Positions 44,153 through 54,071 of a stretch of 64,000 bases of DNA are shown here, piece by piece (position 1 is the first letter of the stretch; each line of letters begins with the position of its first letter). The position numbers were made by a program, and so were the translations under genes. This DNA is from Pyrinomonadaceae bacterium. Lineage in GTDB: Bacteria; Acidobacteriota; Blastocatellia; Pyrinomonadales; Pyrinomonadaceae. A model generated the notes under the pieces. That model was not told the origin of the DNA. It saw only the letters and a list, made by a program, of their open reading frames with translations, and made no database searches. The DNA is taken from positions 4,237-68,236 of the forward strand of contig JBGSYH010000005.1 of assembly GCA_041751035.1 (NCBI GenBank), read 5' to 3'.

Positions 44153-45766
44153 TTATCTGACGAACGCGCTTGGAAGGGGAATGTCGCCGGCGGTGCCGAA
44201 TTGTTGTATCTGCGTGCCGGATGTCGAGCCCTGAATGAACCAGGTCGAGCTTGAAGGCCTGAATACCGCAGCATCGGTTCGGCCGTCGCCATCGTAATCT
44301 CCCGGTGACGGGATATCGTCGGCTGCGCCGAATGGAAATGCGAAGAAGCTGAGGTCTTCGCTGCGAAGTATGTACCATGTGCCTTCCGACGGCCGGAAGA
44401 TGGCGATATCGGCTTTGCCGTCGCCCGTATAGTCGCCTTGCACGGTCAGGTCGGTCGCCGCTCCAAAGACCAAAGCGATCAATCCATCAGTCGAGCGTTG
44501 GATCCACCATTCGCCGCCGTTCGCACCGCCGCGTCGGTAAATTCCGATGTCGTCCGTTCCATCGCCGTCATAATCTGCGGTCACCGGAACGTCACCCGCA
44601 ATGCCGAACGGCACGATCTGAACCTGGTTATCGCTCGAGCGCTGAATAAACCACTGTCCGGCCGTATCCCGGAAAACAGCCGGATCTGCTTTGCCGTCGC
44701 CATCGTAGTCACCGGTCGCGGGAATGTCGCCCGCGGAACCGAACGGGAACGAATAGAATGAAAGATCTTCCGATCTTAAGACAAACCATTCACCTGAAGA
44801 AGGCCGGAAAATAGCAATATCGGTCTTGCCGTCACCCGTAAAATCCGCAGGAACTATTTCGTCCGTACCTGCACCGAACTGGAAGGCACGATTTCCACCG
44901 TCGGACGATTGCAGATACCACCATTCGCCGGCAGACGGGCGGAAGATGGAGACATCGGTTTTGCTGTCGCCGTCAAAATCGAACGGTGCCGTTCCCTTCG
45001 GTTCGGTCGGCGTTTGCGTGACGCTTTCCCAGGATGTACCGACGCGTATGCCGTCAACGACAACGGTCGGTGATGTTGCGGCGGTTCCCTGGCGCAGAGC
45101 GAAAGTTCCCGGGTTAATGTCGGTCGCGGTCGTGTCGATCGCCGAAACGACAGGTGCTGGTTCGGTCGATGGCGTTGTCGTGCTGACAAAAAGATCGACC
45201 GTGTCATTGGTAGCGCCATCAACGATCGTATATTTCACGACCACCAGATAGGTCGTGGCCAAAGAAAAGGCAAACGGTGTAAATGCAACGGTTGCCTCAG
45301 AAGTTCCCGCTTTGGAAATGCCGAAAGCGATATTATTCTCGCCATCCTTTTTGATAAAAACTCTGCCCCTGAACGCCGTTCCGATCGGATCGGGCGAGAG
45401 ATGGAAAAAATAGCCGCCTACCGGATCGACTGCGGCTTCGCTGGCATTGACCATAAATGCCGCATATACCGAACCGCTCGTTTGCACCGGAAAAACACGA
45501 TGAGCATCTTCGCCCGATATTGTCAGGCCAGCGGCATTGCCGATTCCCGACGAAGGATAACTGGACACCGTTAATCCCGGTGACACCGCGACGATCGAGT
45601 TCGTCCCGCCCGCACTATGTGCCGCCCAGCCATTATCCGTTAACAATGAACCGGGCGCATATGGAAAATCTTCGACCACTAAGGGGGATTGGGCAAGACT
45701 TCCCGCATTCATCAAAGTTATCGTCAAAATTATCGCCAAGGCACTAAAAACAGATTTTTTCTTCAT
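44153..45766 (-). CDS. Secreted FG-GAP/VCBS repeat protein
   Basis: Signal peptide and about 7 repeats of the pattern DYDGDGKxDxAxFRPSxGxW. Confidence 0.85.
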   Translation of the reverse strand: MKKKSVFSALAIILTITLMNAGSLAQSPLVVEDFPYAPGSLLTDNGWAAHSAGGTNSIVAVSPGLTVSSYPSSGIGNAAGLTISGEDAHRVFPVQTSGSVYAAFMVNASEAAVDPVGGYFFHLSPDPIGTAFRGRVFIKKDGENNIAFGISKAGTSEATVAFTPFAFSLATTYLVVVKYTIVDGATNDTVDLFVSTTTPSTEPAPVVSAIDTTATDINPGTFALRQGTAATSPTVVVDGIRVGTSWESVTQTPTEPKGTAPFDFDGDSKTDVSIFRPSAGEWWYLQSSDGGNRAFQFGAGTDEIVPADFTGDGKTDIAIFRPSSGEWFVLRSEDLSFYSFPFGSAGDIPATGDYDGDGKADPAVFRDTAGQWFIQRSSDNQVQIVPFGIAGDVPVTADYDGDGTDDIGIYRRGGANGGEWWIQRSTDGLIALVFGAATDLTVQGDYTGDGKADIAIFRPSEGTWYILRSEDLSFFAFPFGAADDIPSPGDYDGDGRTDAAVFRPSSSTWFIQGSTSGTQIQQFGTAGDIPLPSAFVR

Positions 45767-46063
45767 ATTGTCCTCTTCTGATTCAATCTTCTTAATTTGT
45801 AGGGGAATCCTATTCTCTTAAAGAGTGAGATCACACGAATCTATGCTCTTTTCGGGATCTTCCCGTGAACTAAGTGGTGGTAAATTCAAGTTTCGAGAAG
45901 AGTATCATAAAAAAGCCGACAACTGACACAAAAAAATCATTAAGTTAACATAGATATTCCATTCAAGATGAAAGCCTGCCTTTTGTCGCTCGAAAAGACC
46001 GTTAGAGGGCGGTATTTGGAAGAAACCTTCGTAATGGAAGATTTGATACTATATGAGAACTTT

Positions 46064-48244
46064 ATGAATAACGTTCTAAAAATTGCTGCGGTCGGTTTAT
46101 TTCTTTTCGTCTTTCAGGTTTCGGCGCAGGTTCCGGTTGCGACGCAGGTTGCGATAATGAAGGCGGAAGACGCGCGGGATTATAACGGGCTGAAGCCGTT
46201 TCTGTCCAGCAAGAATATTGCGGTGCAACGGCGTGCATTGCTTGCGGCGGGGCGGATCGGTAATGCCGCGGCGGTTCCGGATCTTGTCGAGATTCTTGAG
46301 ACCAACTTAAAGGTGCCGAGCGTATTGCATTCGGTAGCGTTTGCGGTAGGCGAGATCGAATCGATAGCAGGTGCCGACGTCATAATGCTGATCCTGAAAT
46401 CAGAGTCCGGCTTTGGAAAGAGGGATAGGATCTTGCTTGCCCGGGCCGTGGAAGCCGCGGGGAAGATCGCCGCTGCAAATCCGACCGAAGCCGCTTCGAA
46501 AGAGCTTGGTCTCACTATCGTTAGGGTGATCAACGACGAACGCGAGGAACGAGCAGTTTCGCCCTCGCCCGAGGTTGTCCGTGCGGGCGCAACTGCGATT
46601 CTCCGAACGCGGCCCGAAGGCGGCGCTGAAGCGGTTGCTGCATTTCTGGATCATTCGGACAACGCGTTGGTTGCCGAGTCTCTGAACACGTTATCGCGGC
46701 TGCGTTTCAAGGGAGCGAACGAAAAAGCTCGCGAATTATTGACGAAATCGACTGATCCGATTATTCGTGCGAACGCGGCGAGATTGCTAGGAGCGGCGGA
46801 CGACAAGGATTCGGCAGAACTTTTGATCGACGCGGCGACGAAAGACAAAGACAGCCGCGTGCGTGTTTCGGCGATACGTTCGCTCGGAGCTTTGAAGATA
46901 GCCGCGACCGCTGAGCCGCTTATCAAATACGGCGGTACGCTGATGCTGATCTATTCAAAAGCGGCGAAGCCAAATTACATACCGCTCGAGCACAGCGAGT
47001 TCGTTGAGCTGGCTGTGGCGATCGGGCAGATAATTCCGGGCAGTTTTAACGAGGACGCGCTGAAGCTTTTCAAAGAATTTGCAAATCATGACAACGGCGT
47101 AACGCCAGAAGTTTACGTCGCACGCGTTCGCATCGCTCCAAGCAAAGGCGACGGGAGCGGACCGGAACTGACCAATTGGAAACAGCATCGCACGCTTGCA
47201 CAGATCGTCGGCGAGTTTGCCGTTATAGAACCCGCGACCGAAGAGGGCAAACAAATAAAAGCCAACGCTCCGACCGTTTTGGGCCCGCTTGCCAAAGCCT
47301 TTGCCGTAGCTGATCCGAAAGAAGAGGCCGCGACGATCTTGGCTGCGCCGGATGTGCTGCGGGCATACGCGCGGTTTAAGACCGAAGACCTCGCTGAATT
47401 GCTTCGCGTCGCCTTGCGGAACAAAGACGTTCAGATCCGTGCGGCCGCTGCATCGCTGATCGGAGATCTGCCGCCGACTAAGGAGAACTCAGATGCCGTA
47501 AAAGCAGCATTCGGCCGTTCGTTGATCGATGACAAAACTGAGAACGACGCAACGCTCTCGCTACTATCGGCGGCCGTGAAACTCGATAAACCGGGTTCGT
47601 TCGATGCGCTTCGGCTTGCTCTGAATTCGCCGGATCATCTTGTGAGAATACGAGCCCGCGATCTGATCCGCACGAACAAGCTACAGGATGAATTCGCGGA
47701 TGCGGAAGAACGTGTCGAACCTCTCAAACGGGTTGATCCGCGTTCGGGTTCGAAACTTGGCGTGATACTAAATACTGATACTGATTATCGCCGAGCGGCC
47801 TTGCGAAAGAACGGAACCGTCCGCGCCGTATTCACAACGCAGAAAGGAAACTTTACGATCGACCTGCTTCCCGAAGACGCGCCGCTTACGGTGGACAATT
47901 TTATAAAGCTCGCGAATGCGAAATACTTCGACGGGCTTGAGGTTCACCGCGTTGTGCCGAATTTCGTAATGCAGGACGGCGACCCACGCGGCGATGGCAC
48001 AGGCGGGCCGGGATGGAATATCCGCTGCGAGGTAAATATGGTGCCCTACGGACGCGGCTCGGTCGGAATGGCCTTGAGCGGCAAAGACACAGGCGGCTCG
48101 CAATGGTTCGTTACCCACGCCCCTCAGCCGCACCTCGACGGCGGCTACACCGTATTCGGCAAAGTGAACGAAACGGGCATGAAGGTCGTAGATAACATTG
48201 TCCGCGGGGACAAGATCCTGACCGTGCGGATAGTCGGGAGATGA
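46064..48244 (+). CDS. HEAT-repeat protein fused to cyclophilin-type peptidyl-prolyl isomerase
   Basis: The C-terminus has FHRVVPNFVMQDGDPRGDGTGGPG...GGSQWF (cyclophilin). Upstream are HEAT-like repeats (DSRVRVSAIRSLG). The start may be 46064 or 45968. Confidence 0.85.
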   Translation: MNNVLKIAAVGLFLFVFQVSAQVPVATQVAIMKAEDARDYNGLKPFLSSKNIAVQRRALLAAGRIGNAAAVPDLVEILETNLKVPSVLHSVAFAVGEIESIAGADVIMLILKSESGFGKRDRILLARAVEAAGKIAAANPTEAASKELGLTIVRVINDEREERAVSPSPEVVRAGATAILRTRPEGGAEAVAAFLDHSDNALVAESLNTLSRLRFKGANEKARELLTKSTDPIIRANAARLLGAADDKDSAELLIDAATKDKDSRVRVSAIRSLGALKIAATAEPLIKYGGTLMLIYSKAAKPNYIPLEHSEFVELAVAIGQIIPGSFNEDALKLFKEFANHDNGVTPEVYVARVRIAPSKGDGSGPELTNWKQHRTLAQIVGEFAVIEPATEEGKQIKANAPTVLGPLAKAFAVADPKEEAATILAAPDVLRAYARFKTEDLAELLRVALRNKDVQIRAAAASLIGDLPPTKENSDAVKAAFGRSLIDDKTENDATLSLLSAAVKLDKPGSFDALRLALNSPDHLVRIRARDLIRTNKLQDEFADAEERVEPLKRVDPRSGSKLGVILNTDTDYRRAALRKNGTVRAVFTTQKGNFTIDLLPEDAPLTVDNFIKLANAKYFDGLEVHRVVPNFVMQDGDPRGDGTGGPGWNIRCEVNMVPYGRGSVGMALSGKDTGGSQWFVTHAPQPHLDGGYTVFGKVNETGMKVVDNIVRGDKILTVRIVGR

Positions 48245-48254
48245 TCGGCATTAG

Positions 48255-48322
48255 TTCACCACAGAGAGCACAGAGTCCACGGAGGTTCTGAAGCTCTGTG
48301 CCCCCTGTGTTCTCTGTGGTAA
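48255..48322 (+). repeat. Word hairpin (CACAGAG family)
   Basis: Left arm accacagagagcacagag and right arm ctctgtgccccctgtgttctctgtggt, followed by aaaaattt. Confidence 0.8.
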
Positions 48323-48331
48323 AAATTTCTT

Positions 48332-48820
48332 ATGAACGATATAGAACGCCGACAAGTCCAGATCGAGGAAGGCCTTGATAATCTGTCGCATTATCTCGAC
48401 GGGTTGTTTCGCATTCCGGGCACGACGTGGCGGTTTGGTTTGGATTCGCTGATCGGGCTGGTGCCGAATGTCGGCGATACGCTGACCTCGTTCGCCTCGT
48501 TTTACATCCTGCTTGCGGGTGTGCGATACGGCGTGCCGAAGATAACGCTTCTGCGGATGGCGTTCAATATCGCGGTGGATTACATCGTTGGATCGGTACC
48601 GTTTGTCGGCGATGCGTTTGATTTCTTTTGGAAGTCGAACAAAAAGAACATGGACCTCATCCGCACGCGCGCGACCGGCAACGACGTCGGAACTACTTCA
48701 GACTATATTTTCGTATTCATCATCATCGGCGGGCTGATCCTGCTGCTGCTAAGCTCGATCTTCATTAGCTTTTACATCATCAGCGTGATCTTTTGGGAGA
48801 TCTTCACGGGGAATATCTAG
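48332..48820 (+). CDS. DUF4112 domain-containing membrane protein
   Basis: DSLIGLVPNVGD...VDYIVGSVPFVGDAFDFFWKSN pattern. Confidence 0.8.
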   Translation: MNDIERRQVQIEEGLDNLSHYLDGLFRIPGTTWRFGLDSLIGLVPNVGDTLTSFASFYILLAGVRYGVPKITLLRMAFNIAVDYIVGSVPFVGDAFDFFWKSNKKNMDLIRTRATGNDVGTTSDYIFVFIIIGGLILLLLSSIFISFYIISVIFWEIFTGNI

Positions 48821-48830
48821 GGAGATTTCG

Positions 48831-48895
48831 TCCACAGATGGACACGGATCAACACTGATATTCAAAATCTGTGTCTATCTGTGTTCATCTGTGGA
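48831..48895 (+). repeat. Word hairpin (CACAGAT/ATCTGTG words)
   Basis: tccacagatg...catctgtgga forms a perfect 10-bp outer stem, with inner gacac/gtgtc-type pairs. Confidence 0.8.
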
Positions 48896-49050
48896 TAAAG
48901 GTTCATGCTCCGGCCGCGTTGGCTTTTGGTGCGAACATTTTGTCGAGCGCTCCTTGCAGAACGCTTACACCGAATTGGCCAGCGATTTGACGAGCAATGA
49001 TATAGTAAATTCATTAATAAATTTAGCAACGCGAGTCATTTTCTTATCTT

Positions 49051-50046
49051 ATGTTTTGTCCCAAATGCGCTACAGAGAACCCGGACGACCGAAGCTATTG
49101 TAGGGGCTGCGGAGAGTATCTGATGATCGTGGCTCAGGTTTTAAAAAAGAACTCAGTTCTTACGCTAGTGGGCAAAATAGATGCTGTGATCGAAGTGGAC
49201 AACGAGCGTTTGCGGCGAGATGCTATTGCTCACAGCTTTTCTGCGGTCACACTTGCAGTTTTGGCCTTCAATCTAGCTAGTATAGGTGCACTTATAGTGT
49301 TAGGTTCCGGTGCTTTATTTGCGGTTCTTTTCGCGGTTCTCTATTTTCTTGCATATCGCCGAAGCATGGATCTCGAGATGCGGTATCGGAGGGAAGGCTC
49401 AAACCTAAATATTTTGGACAGGTCACCCACTAGTTTGACTGAAGCGACAACATCAACAACACGGGCCAATTTGCTATCGGAACCTATCTTTTGTCCTCTT
49501 TGCGGCTTTCAGAACACCCGCGATTCAAGATTCTGTAATTCCTGCGATACTGATCTCGCTTTTTGTCTTGAACCTATCGGATTGGAAAAGTATCTGCCAA
49601 TTCCTTTAGTGGATAAATTGGATGCGATAGTACTTAAGAACCGGAAGGACATCTTTTCATTCGGGTCAGGGATTGGCTTAATTGCACTCTCGTTAATCAT
49701 GATCTTGGCCTCTATCTTTGGGCTAATTCAAGACGGGCCAAGCGTTTGGACAGTGGTTATGGGGCTTCTTTTTCTAGGGATGTTTCCAATAGGAGTTTGG
49801 AATCTACTGGCCAAGAGAAGGGCCCTTTCAAAGCACGAAAAGAGCACTGAGACCCTATCATCGCAAGCAAATACCAATCCCCTTGAACTACCCGGCCAAA
49901 TGCCATCGCCGTCGAACGATACGATAACAAAACCCCTCAGCCCCGCCAAGGAAGCATTCTCATCGCAGCGGATCGTAGATGACTTTCACGAAGATTCAAC
50001 CCGACCGCTCGAAGTGAGTGACGTGAGGGAAAAAGAAATCGACTGA
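49051..50046 (+). CDS. Zinc-ribbon domain membrane protein
   Basis: Two CPxC...CxxC zinc-ribbon motifs (MFCPKCATEN...CRGCGE and CPLCGFQN...CNSCD), each followed by TM helices. Confidence 0.6.
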   Translation: MFCPKCATENPDDRSYCRGCGEYLMIVAQVLKKNSVLTLVGKIDAVIEVDNERLRRDAIAHSFSAVTLAVLAFNLASIGALIVLGSGALFAVLFAVLYFLAYRRSMDLEMRYRREGSNLNILDRSPTSLTEATTSTTRANLLSEPIFCPLCGFQNTRDSRFCNSCDTDLAFCLEPIGLEKYLPIPLVDKLDAIVLKNRKDIFSFGSGIGLIALSLIMILASIFGLIQDGPSVWTVVMGLLFLGMFPIGVWNLLAKRRALSKHEKSTETLSSQANTNPLELPGQMPSPSNDTITKPLSPAKEAFSSQRIVDDFHEDSTRPLEVSDVREKEID

Positions 50047-50219
50047 TTTTATGTTGAAATCGCTCCCTAAGCGGCAATCTGAAAGGGGCGACGAATCAAG
50101 GGAAAGGTACCGATTTTGTCGGAATCATATAGGTTGCTTTACCACTCATTCTCGAGCATAGATTAAGTATGTGAAAAAGTTCGATCTGCGTTGATCCGCG
50201 GCCACACTATCTCTTAATA

Positions 50220-50693
50220 CTAGGCTGCGACCGACTGTGCCATGAACATTTTGTCCAGTGCGGTTTGCAGAACGCTTACGCCGAATTCACCGGCGGCGCG
50301 TGTTTTAAGTTTTCCTTCTGCGTCGAAAAGATAATAGACCGGAACCCAGCCCTGTTCGTTTTTGAACGCATCTTTTAGTTTGTGAAGGCTATCGACCGCC
50401 GTCGGTTCGGTGATGTTGTTGTCCCGAATTGCCTGGTCCACCGTGTCGAGATCAGTGTCCGCTTCATAGCGCGGCATGTGTACCGCGATCGTTTGCAGGC
50501 CGACCTCGCCGTATTTCTTTTTGATCTCATTCAAATGAGGCATTTTGTCTTTACATATGCCGCACGAGACCGCCCAAAAATGAACAAGCACGGGCTTGCC
50601 TGTAATGTCTTTCGTCGCGTCTTCAAGCGAGCCGTTAAACCAGGTAGTCGCTCCATCGAGCGGAGGCATCGCGTCTCCAATTTTCATTGACAT
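50220..50693 (-). CDS. TlpA/redoxin-like thiol:disulfide oxidoreductase
   Basis: Thioredoxin-fold protein with FWAVSCGICK (CxxC). Confidence 0.8.
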   Translation of the reverse strand: MSMKIGDAMPPLDGATTWFNGSLEDATKDITGKPVLVHFWAVSCGICKDKMPHLNEIKKKYGEVGLQTIAVHMPRYEADTDLDTVDQAIRDNNITEPTAVDSLHKLKDAFKNEQGWVPVYYLFDAEGKLKTRAAGEFGVSVLQTALDKMFMAQSVAA

Positions 50694-50710
50694 AATGAAC
50701 TCCTATTTTC

Positions 50711-50786
50711 GAATTTCAATTTGCGATTTGCGATCGCTTGCCGCTGAGCAGACGATCGCAAATCGACATTCGCAAATCGCAAATTC
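50711..50786 (-). repeat. Word hairpin (TTTGCGA/TCGCAAA words)
   Basis: gaatttcaatttgcgatttgcgatcg ... cgatcgcaaatcgacattcgcaaatcgcaaattc fills the ahpC-like/tlpA-like gap. Confidence 0.8.
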
Positions 50787-50787
50787 C

Positions 50788-51375
50788 CTAAACCGACAGG
50801 TTCTCCTGTCCCGGCGTCCAGTTTGCTGCACACAAACCGCCGGTCTGAAGGCCTTGCAGAACGCGAAGCGTTTCATCGACCGAGCGTCCGATGTTCAGAT
50901 CGTGTACGACCGAGTATTGAAGCACGCCTTCCGGGTTGATGATGAACAGACCGCGCAAGGCGATGTTCGCTTCTTCGACCAGGATGTTGTACTTCGCCGC
51001 AAGCTTGCCGCCTACATCCGAAGCGAGCGGATACTTGACGCCTTCGATGCCGTTCTTGTCCTGCGGCGTTTTCAGCCATGCGCGGTGCGAGTGGACCGAA
51101 TCCGTCGAGATACCGATCACCTCGGCGCCGATGCCCTGTAGCTCTTCCAAGCGATCCGAAAAGCTGATCAGCTCGGTCGGGCAGACGAACGTAAAATCGA
51201 GCGGGTAGAATAAAAGTACGAGCCATTTGCCCTTGTAATCGGAAAGCTTGACGTTTTCGGCAAGCGTTTCCATGTTCTTGGTTGAAGGCAGGTTGAAATC
51301 CGGCGCCGGCTTTCCGACCTTTGCGAATTCGACCGCCGTTGCGGGTGAAAGTGCTGTTGCTGTAGCTGTTGACAT
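50788..51375 (-). CDS. Typical 2-Cys peroxiredoxin (AhpC/TSA family)
   Basis: FYPLDFTFVCPTE peroxidatic Cys motif and a C-terminal resolving Cys (GGLCAANW). Confidence 0.92.
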   Translation of the reverse strand: MSTATATALSPATAVEFAKVGKPAPDFNLPSTKNMETLAENVKLSDYKGKWLVLLFYPLDFTFVCPTELISFSDRLEELQGIGAEVIGISTDSVHSHRAWLKTPQDKNGIEGVKYPLASDVGGKLAAKYNILVEEANIALRGLFIINPEGVLQYSVVHDLNIGRSVDETLRVLQGLQTGGLCAANWTPGQENLSV

Positions 51376-51396
51376 ATAATTGCTATCTCCTAAGTA

Positions 51397-51480
51397 TTAA
51401 TTCGCACCACAGAGCACACGGAAATCGCAGAGATTATTAATATCTTCCTCTGTGTTCTCTGTGTTCTCCGTGGTTAATTC
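51397..51480 (-). repeat. Word hairpin (CACAGAG family)
   Basis: caccacagagcacacgg ... ctctgtgttctctgtgttctccgtggt shares tgtgttctctgtg with 48255-48322. It overlaps the Fur-family stop codon. Confidence 0.8.
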
Positions 51481-51878
51481 GTGTTTGCGCAGTCGGGACA
51501 CTTGCCCCGAAGCGTAAATTCCAGTGATTCGGGTTTGAATTTGGAACGACGAGCGGCCTGTCTTATTAGTTCGACCGGTTGTTCCATTTCGATATCGACG
51601 AGACATCCGCAATCCGTGCAGATCGCGTGGTCGTGTCGGTGTGTCTTGCGGTCAAAACGGCTTGCACCATTGCCGAAACTGATCTCGGCAATGTGCCCCG
51701 CATCTTTCAAAAAACGCAGGCTGTTATAAACGGTTGCAAAACTGATGGTCGGCAATTTTCCCTTTGCCGCCGTAAAGACTTCGTTTGCGGTCAGGTGTTC
51801 ATGTGCCTCGCGGATCACCCGCAAAACCACCTCACGCTGCCGCGTTAATCCCATTTCCTTGATCGTATCTGTTACCAC
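51474..51878 (-). CDS. Fur-family transcriptional regulator (PerR-like by context)
   Basis: Winged-helix N-terminus (TRQREVVLRVI), a HRHDHAICTDCG motif and a C-terminal CPDC. It sits upstream of peroxiredoxin. GTG start at 51878. Confidence 0.85.
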   Translation of the reverse strand: MVTDTIKEMGLTRQREVVLRVIREAHEHLTANEVFTAAKGKLPTISFATVYNSLRFLKDAGHIAEISFGNGASRFDRKTHRHDHAICTDCGCLVDIEMEQPVELIRQAARRSKFKPESLEFTLRGKCPDCANTN

Positions 51879-51934
51879 TTTATTACTCTTAATAACCCTT
51901 ATAAATTAAAAAACTGCCCTTGTTCGCCTTGATA

Positions 51935-51965
51935 TTAGAATAATTCTAAGTTTCATTAATGTCAA
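51935..51965 (-). promoter_or_regulatory. Candidate promoter (TTGACA-17-TATTCT) overlapped by a perfect 7-1-7 Fur/PerR-type box TTAGAATAATTCTAA
   Basis: The palindrome lies at 51935-51949. On the minus strand, TTGACA is at 51965-51960 and TATTCT at 51942-51937, a 17-nt spacer. Confidence 0.55.
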
Positions 51966-52060
51966 GAGGTGATTACGCACTTCGGTGTACGAGAAGCGGT
52001 ATGTCAGTAACCGGCTTCGCAAATCTAAAGTCTTAAAGATTAATCGCCACAATCTTGACA

Positions 52061-52702
52061 TTACGGTTCGGGGTTTAATGCCCCCGGCGGAACTCTATAA
52101 ATCTTTGTGAGACCTTCATCGTAAGTAGAGGAGACTAGCGTGAACGATGATTCACTAAGCCCGCCCCTTTTTACAAGGAATTCTCGCAACCGTTTGTGAC
52201 GTTCTCGAATATCGAACTCTGATGTACCACGAGGAAAATATTCAATTATATAAAGTTGATCGTAAGGATTATTCTTTTGTTCACCGGCCGCTATTAAAAA
52301 CTGCTCTTCTTGTATCTTATTCAAAACTGTAGGAAATTCATCGATCAAGATTGGGAAACCCGGGCCACAGATTATCATTGACTCAGACGCTCGAGACGGA
52401 CATTCATCCGGAAGCCCAAGAACCTCAAATGTAGCTACAATCGTCTCACCGGAATTCTTATCGTAGGTAATCCGAATCCTTATGCTATCGTGTCCGTCAA
52501 GGATTTCGCCGCCCGTGACGGTCCAACGATATTTGATGTTCTTTGGCAGATTTCCTGAAACATTCGCTACAAATAAGATCGGTTCGTCAGGGTTCGGAAT
52601 GCCGGCCGGGCCCGTGACAGAGATGCTCGGGCAAACATTCGATGGAATTTGCCCAAAAGACGGGATGGCTAGGAAGACAAATAGCAGCGCAAGACGAAGC
52701 AT
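52061..52702 (-). CDS. Secreted hypothetical protein
   Basis: 213 aa with a signal peptide. No family recognised. Confidence 0.6.
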   Translation of the reverse strand: MLRLALLFVFLAIPSFGQIPSNVCPSISVTGPAGIPNPDEPILFVANVSGNLPKNIKYRWTVTGGEILDGHDSIRIRITYDKNSGETIVATFEVLGLPDECPSRASESMIICGPGFPILIDEFPTVLNKIQEEQFLIAAGEQKNNPYDQLYIIEYFPRGTSEFDIRERHKRLREFLVKRGGLSESSFTLVSSTYDEGLTKIYRVPPGALNPEP

Positions 52703-52747
52703 GGCAACATAATAACCGATTTTCTTGCGGGGTTAGAACTTTTTTTA

Positions 52748-54025
52748 TCAGATCGAAAGGCGTTCGCGGGTGATGTTGATATCTGACAGGTCGCCGATCG
52801 CGGCGAAGGCGATCTTGTCCGATGTAAAGAACTCTTCCGCAAGGGTCTGGACCTCGTCGGCGTTGACGGCGTCAAGATTCGCAAGGCTTTCCTCAACCGA
52901 GATCTGGCGGCCGTGGAGCATTTCCGAATGAGCGAGCGAGGCGGCACGGCCCGCGGAATCTTCGAGCCCGAGCAGCACAGAAGCCCGGGTTTGATCTTTC
53001 ATCAACTGCAGCTCTTCGGCAGAGATACCGTTTCGGACGATCCAACGCATCTCATCCAAAACAATGTCCAAGACCTCTTCGACCTGTTCGGGCGAAGTTG
53101 CCGCGTGAACGGAGAAAAGCCCGCAATCATTGAACATCGCCGCACCGGCACCGACGCTATAGGCAAGCCCGCGCTCCTCGCGGACTTTTTGCCATAGCCG
53201 GCTTGAAGTACCGCCGCCGATGATATTCGCCAGCAGATCGGCGGCATATCTTCGCGGATCGCGGCCGCCGACGAAAGGCGTCGAAATTATCAAATGGGTT
53301 TGCTCAAGGTCCGCTTTATTTTCAAGCACGATCGGTGCCTGCGGGCTTGGCATCGGAACAATGGACGTGTCTGCAGTCCCGCGGGAACCGGAAAGAAACT
53401 CGTTTTTTTCGATCATCGCAAGAATTGCCTGATGATCCACGTTTCCGGCCGCAGCAACCACAAGGTTCGCTGGTTCGAACATCTTCGAGTGATACTTTGA
53501 CGTGATATCACGATCAAATATCCGTACAGTCTCCGGTGTGCCAGATATGGAAAGGCCGAGCGGATGCGAGGGGAAGAATTCGCGATAAAATAGTTCACCG
53601 AGAAGCTCTTCGGGCGAATCTTCGGTCATCTTTATCTCTTCGATTATGACACGCTGTTCGCTTTCCAGGTCCGCCGCATCAAAACGCGGAGCCGTCAGCA
53701 TATCGGCGATCAAGTCAAAGCCTGCGGGCAGTTGGTCATCGATCACCTTGATCGCAAAACCTGTTTCTTCGTGTGTGGTAAACGCGTCAAGATTGCCGCC
53801 CAAACGATCCTGCTCGCGTGCGATCTCAAGAGCCGTGCGTTTCTTCGTGCCCTTGAAAACAGCGTGTTCGATAAAGTGGGAAATGCCGTTTAGTTCGTCG
53901 GGTTCGTTGCGGGAGCCTTTGCGGCAAAAGAAACCGAGCGTTACGGAGCGAACGCCTTCCATCCGGTCGGTGAGGATCGTTAAACCGTTTGAAAGCCTTG
54001 TTTCAGATATCTCTTCCCTGATCAT
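52748..54025 (-). CDS. M16-family (pitrilysin/insulinase-like) zinc peptidase
   Basis: Inverted zinc motif HFIEH (HxxEH) near the N-terminus, with the typical ~425-aa two-domain length. Confidence 0.9.
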   Translation of the reverse strand: MIREEISETRLSNGLTILTDRMEGVRSVTLGFFCRKGSRNEPDELNGISHFIEHAVFKGTKKRTALEIAREQDRLGGNLDAFTTHEETGFAIKVIDDQLPAGFDLIADMLTAPRFDAADLESEQRVIIEEIKMTEDSPEELLGELFYREFFPSHPLGLSISGTPETVRIFDRDITSKYHSKMFEPANLVVAAAGNVDHQAILAMIEKNEFLSGSRGTADTSIVPMPSPQAPIVLENKADLEQTHLIISTPFVGGRDPRRYAADLLANIIGGGTSSRLWQKVREERGLAYSVGAGAAMFNDCGLFSVHAATSPEQVEEVLDIVLDEMRWIVRNGISAEELQLMKDQTRASVLLGLEDSAGRAASLAHSEMLHGRQISVEESLANLDAVNADEVQTLAEEFFTSDKIAFAAIGDLSDINITRERLSI

Positions 54026-54071
54026 TCGAAAGGAAAAAGACTAACACTTGGGCCGTGAAAAGAGAACCGCA

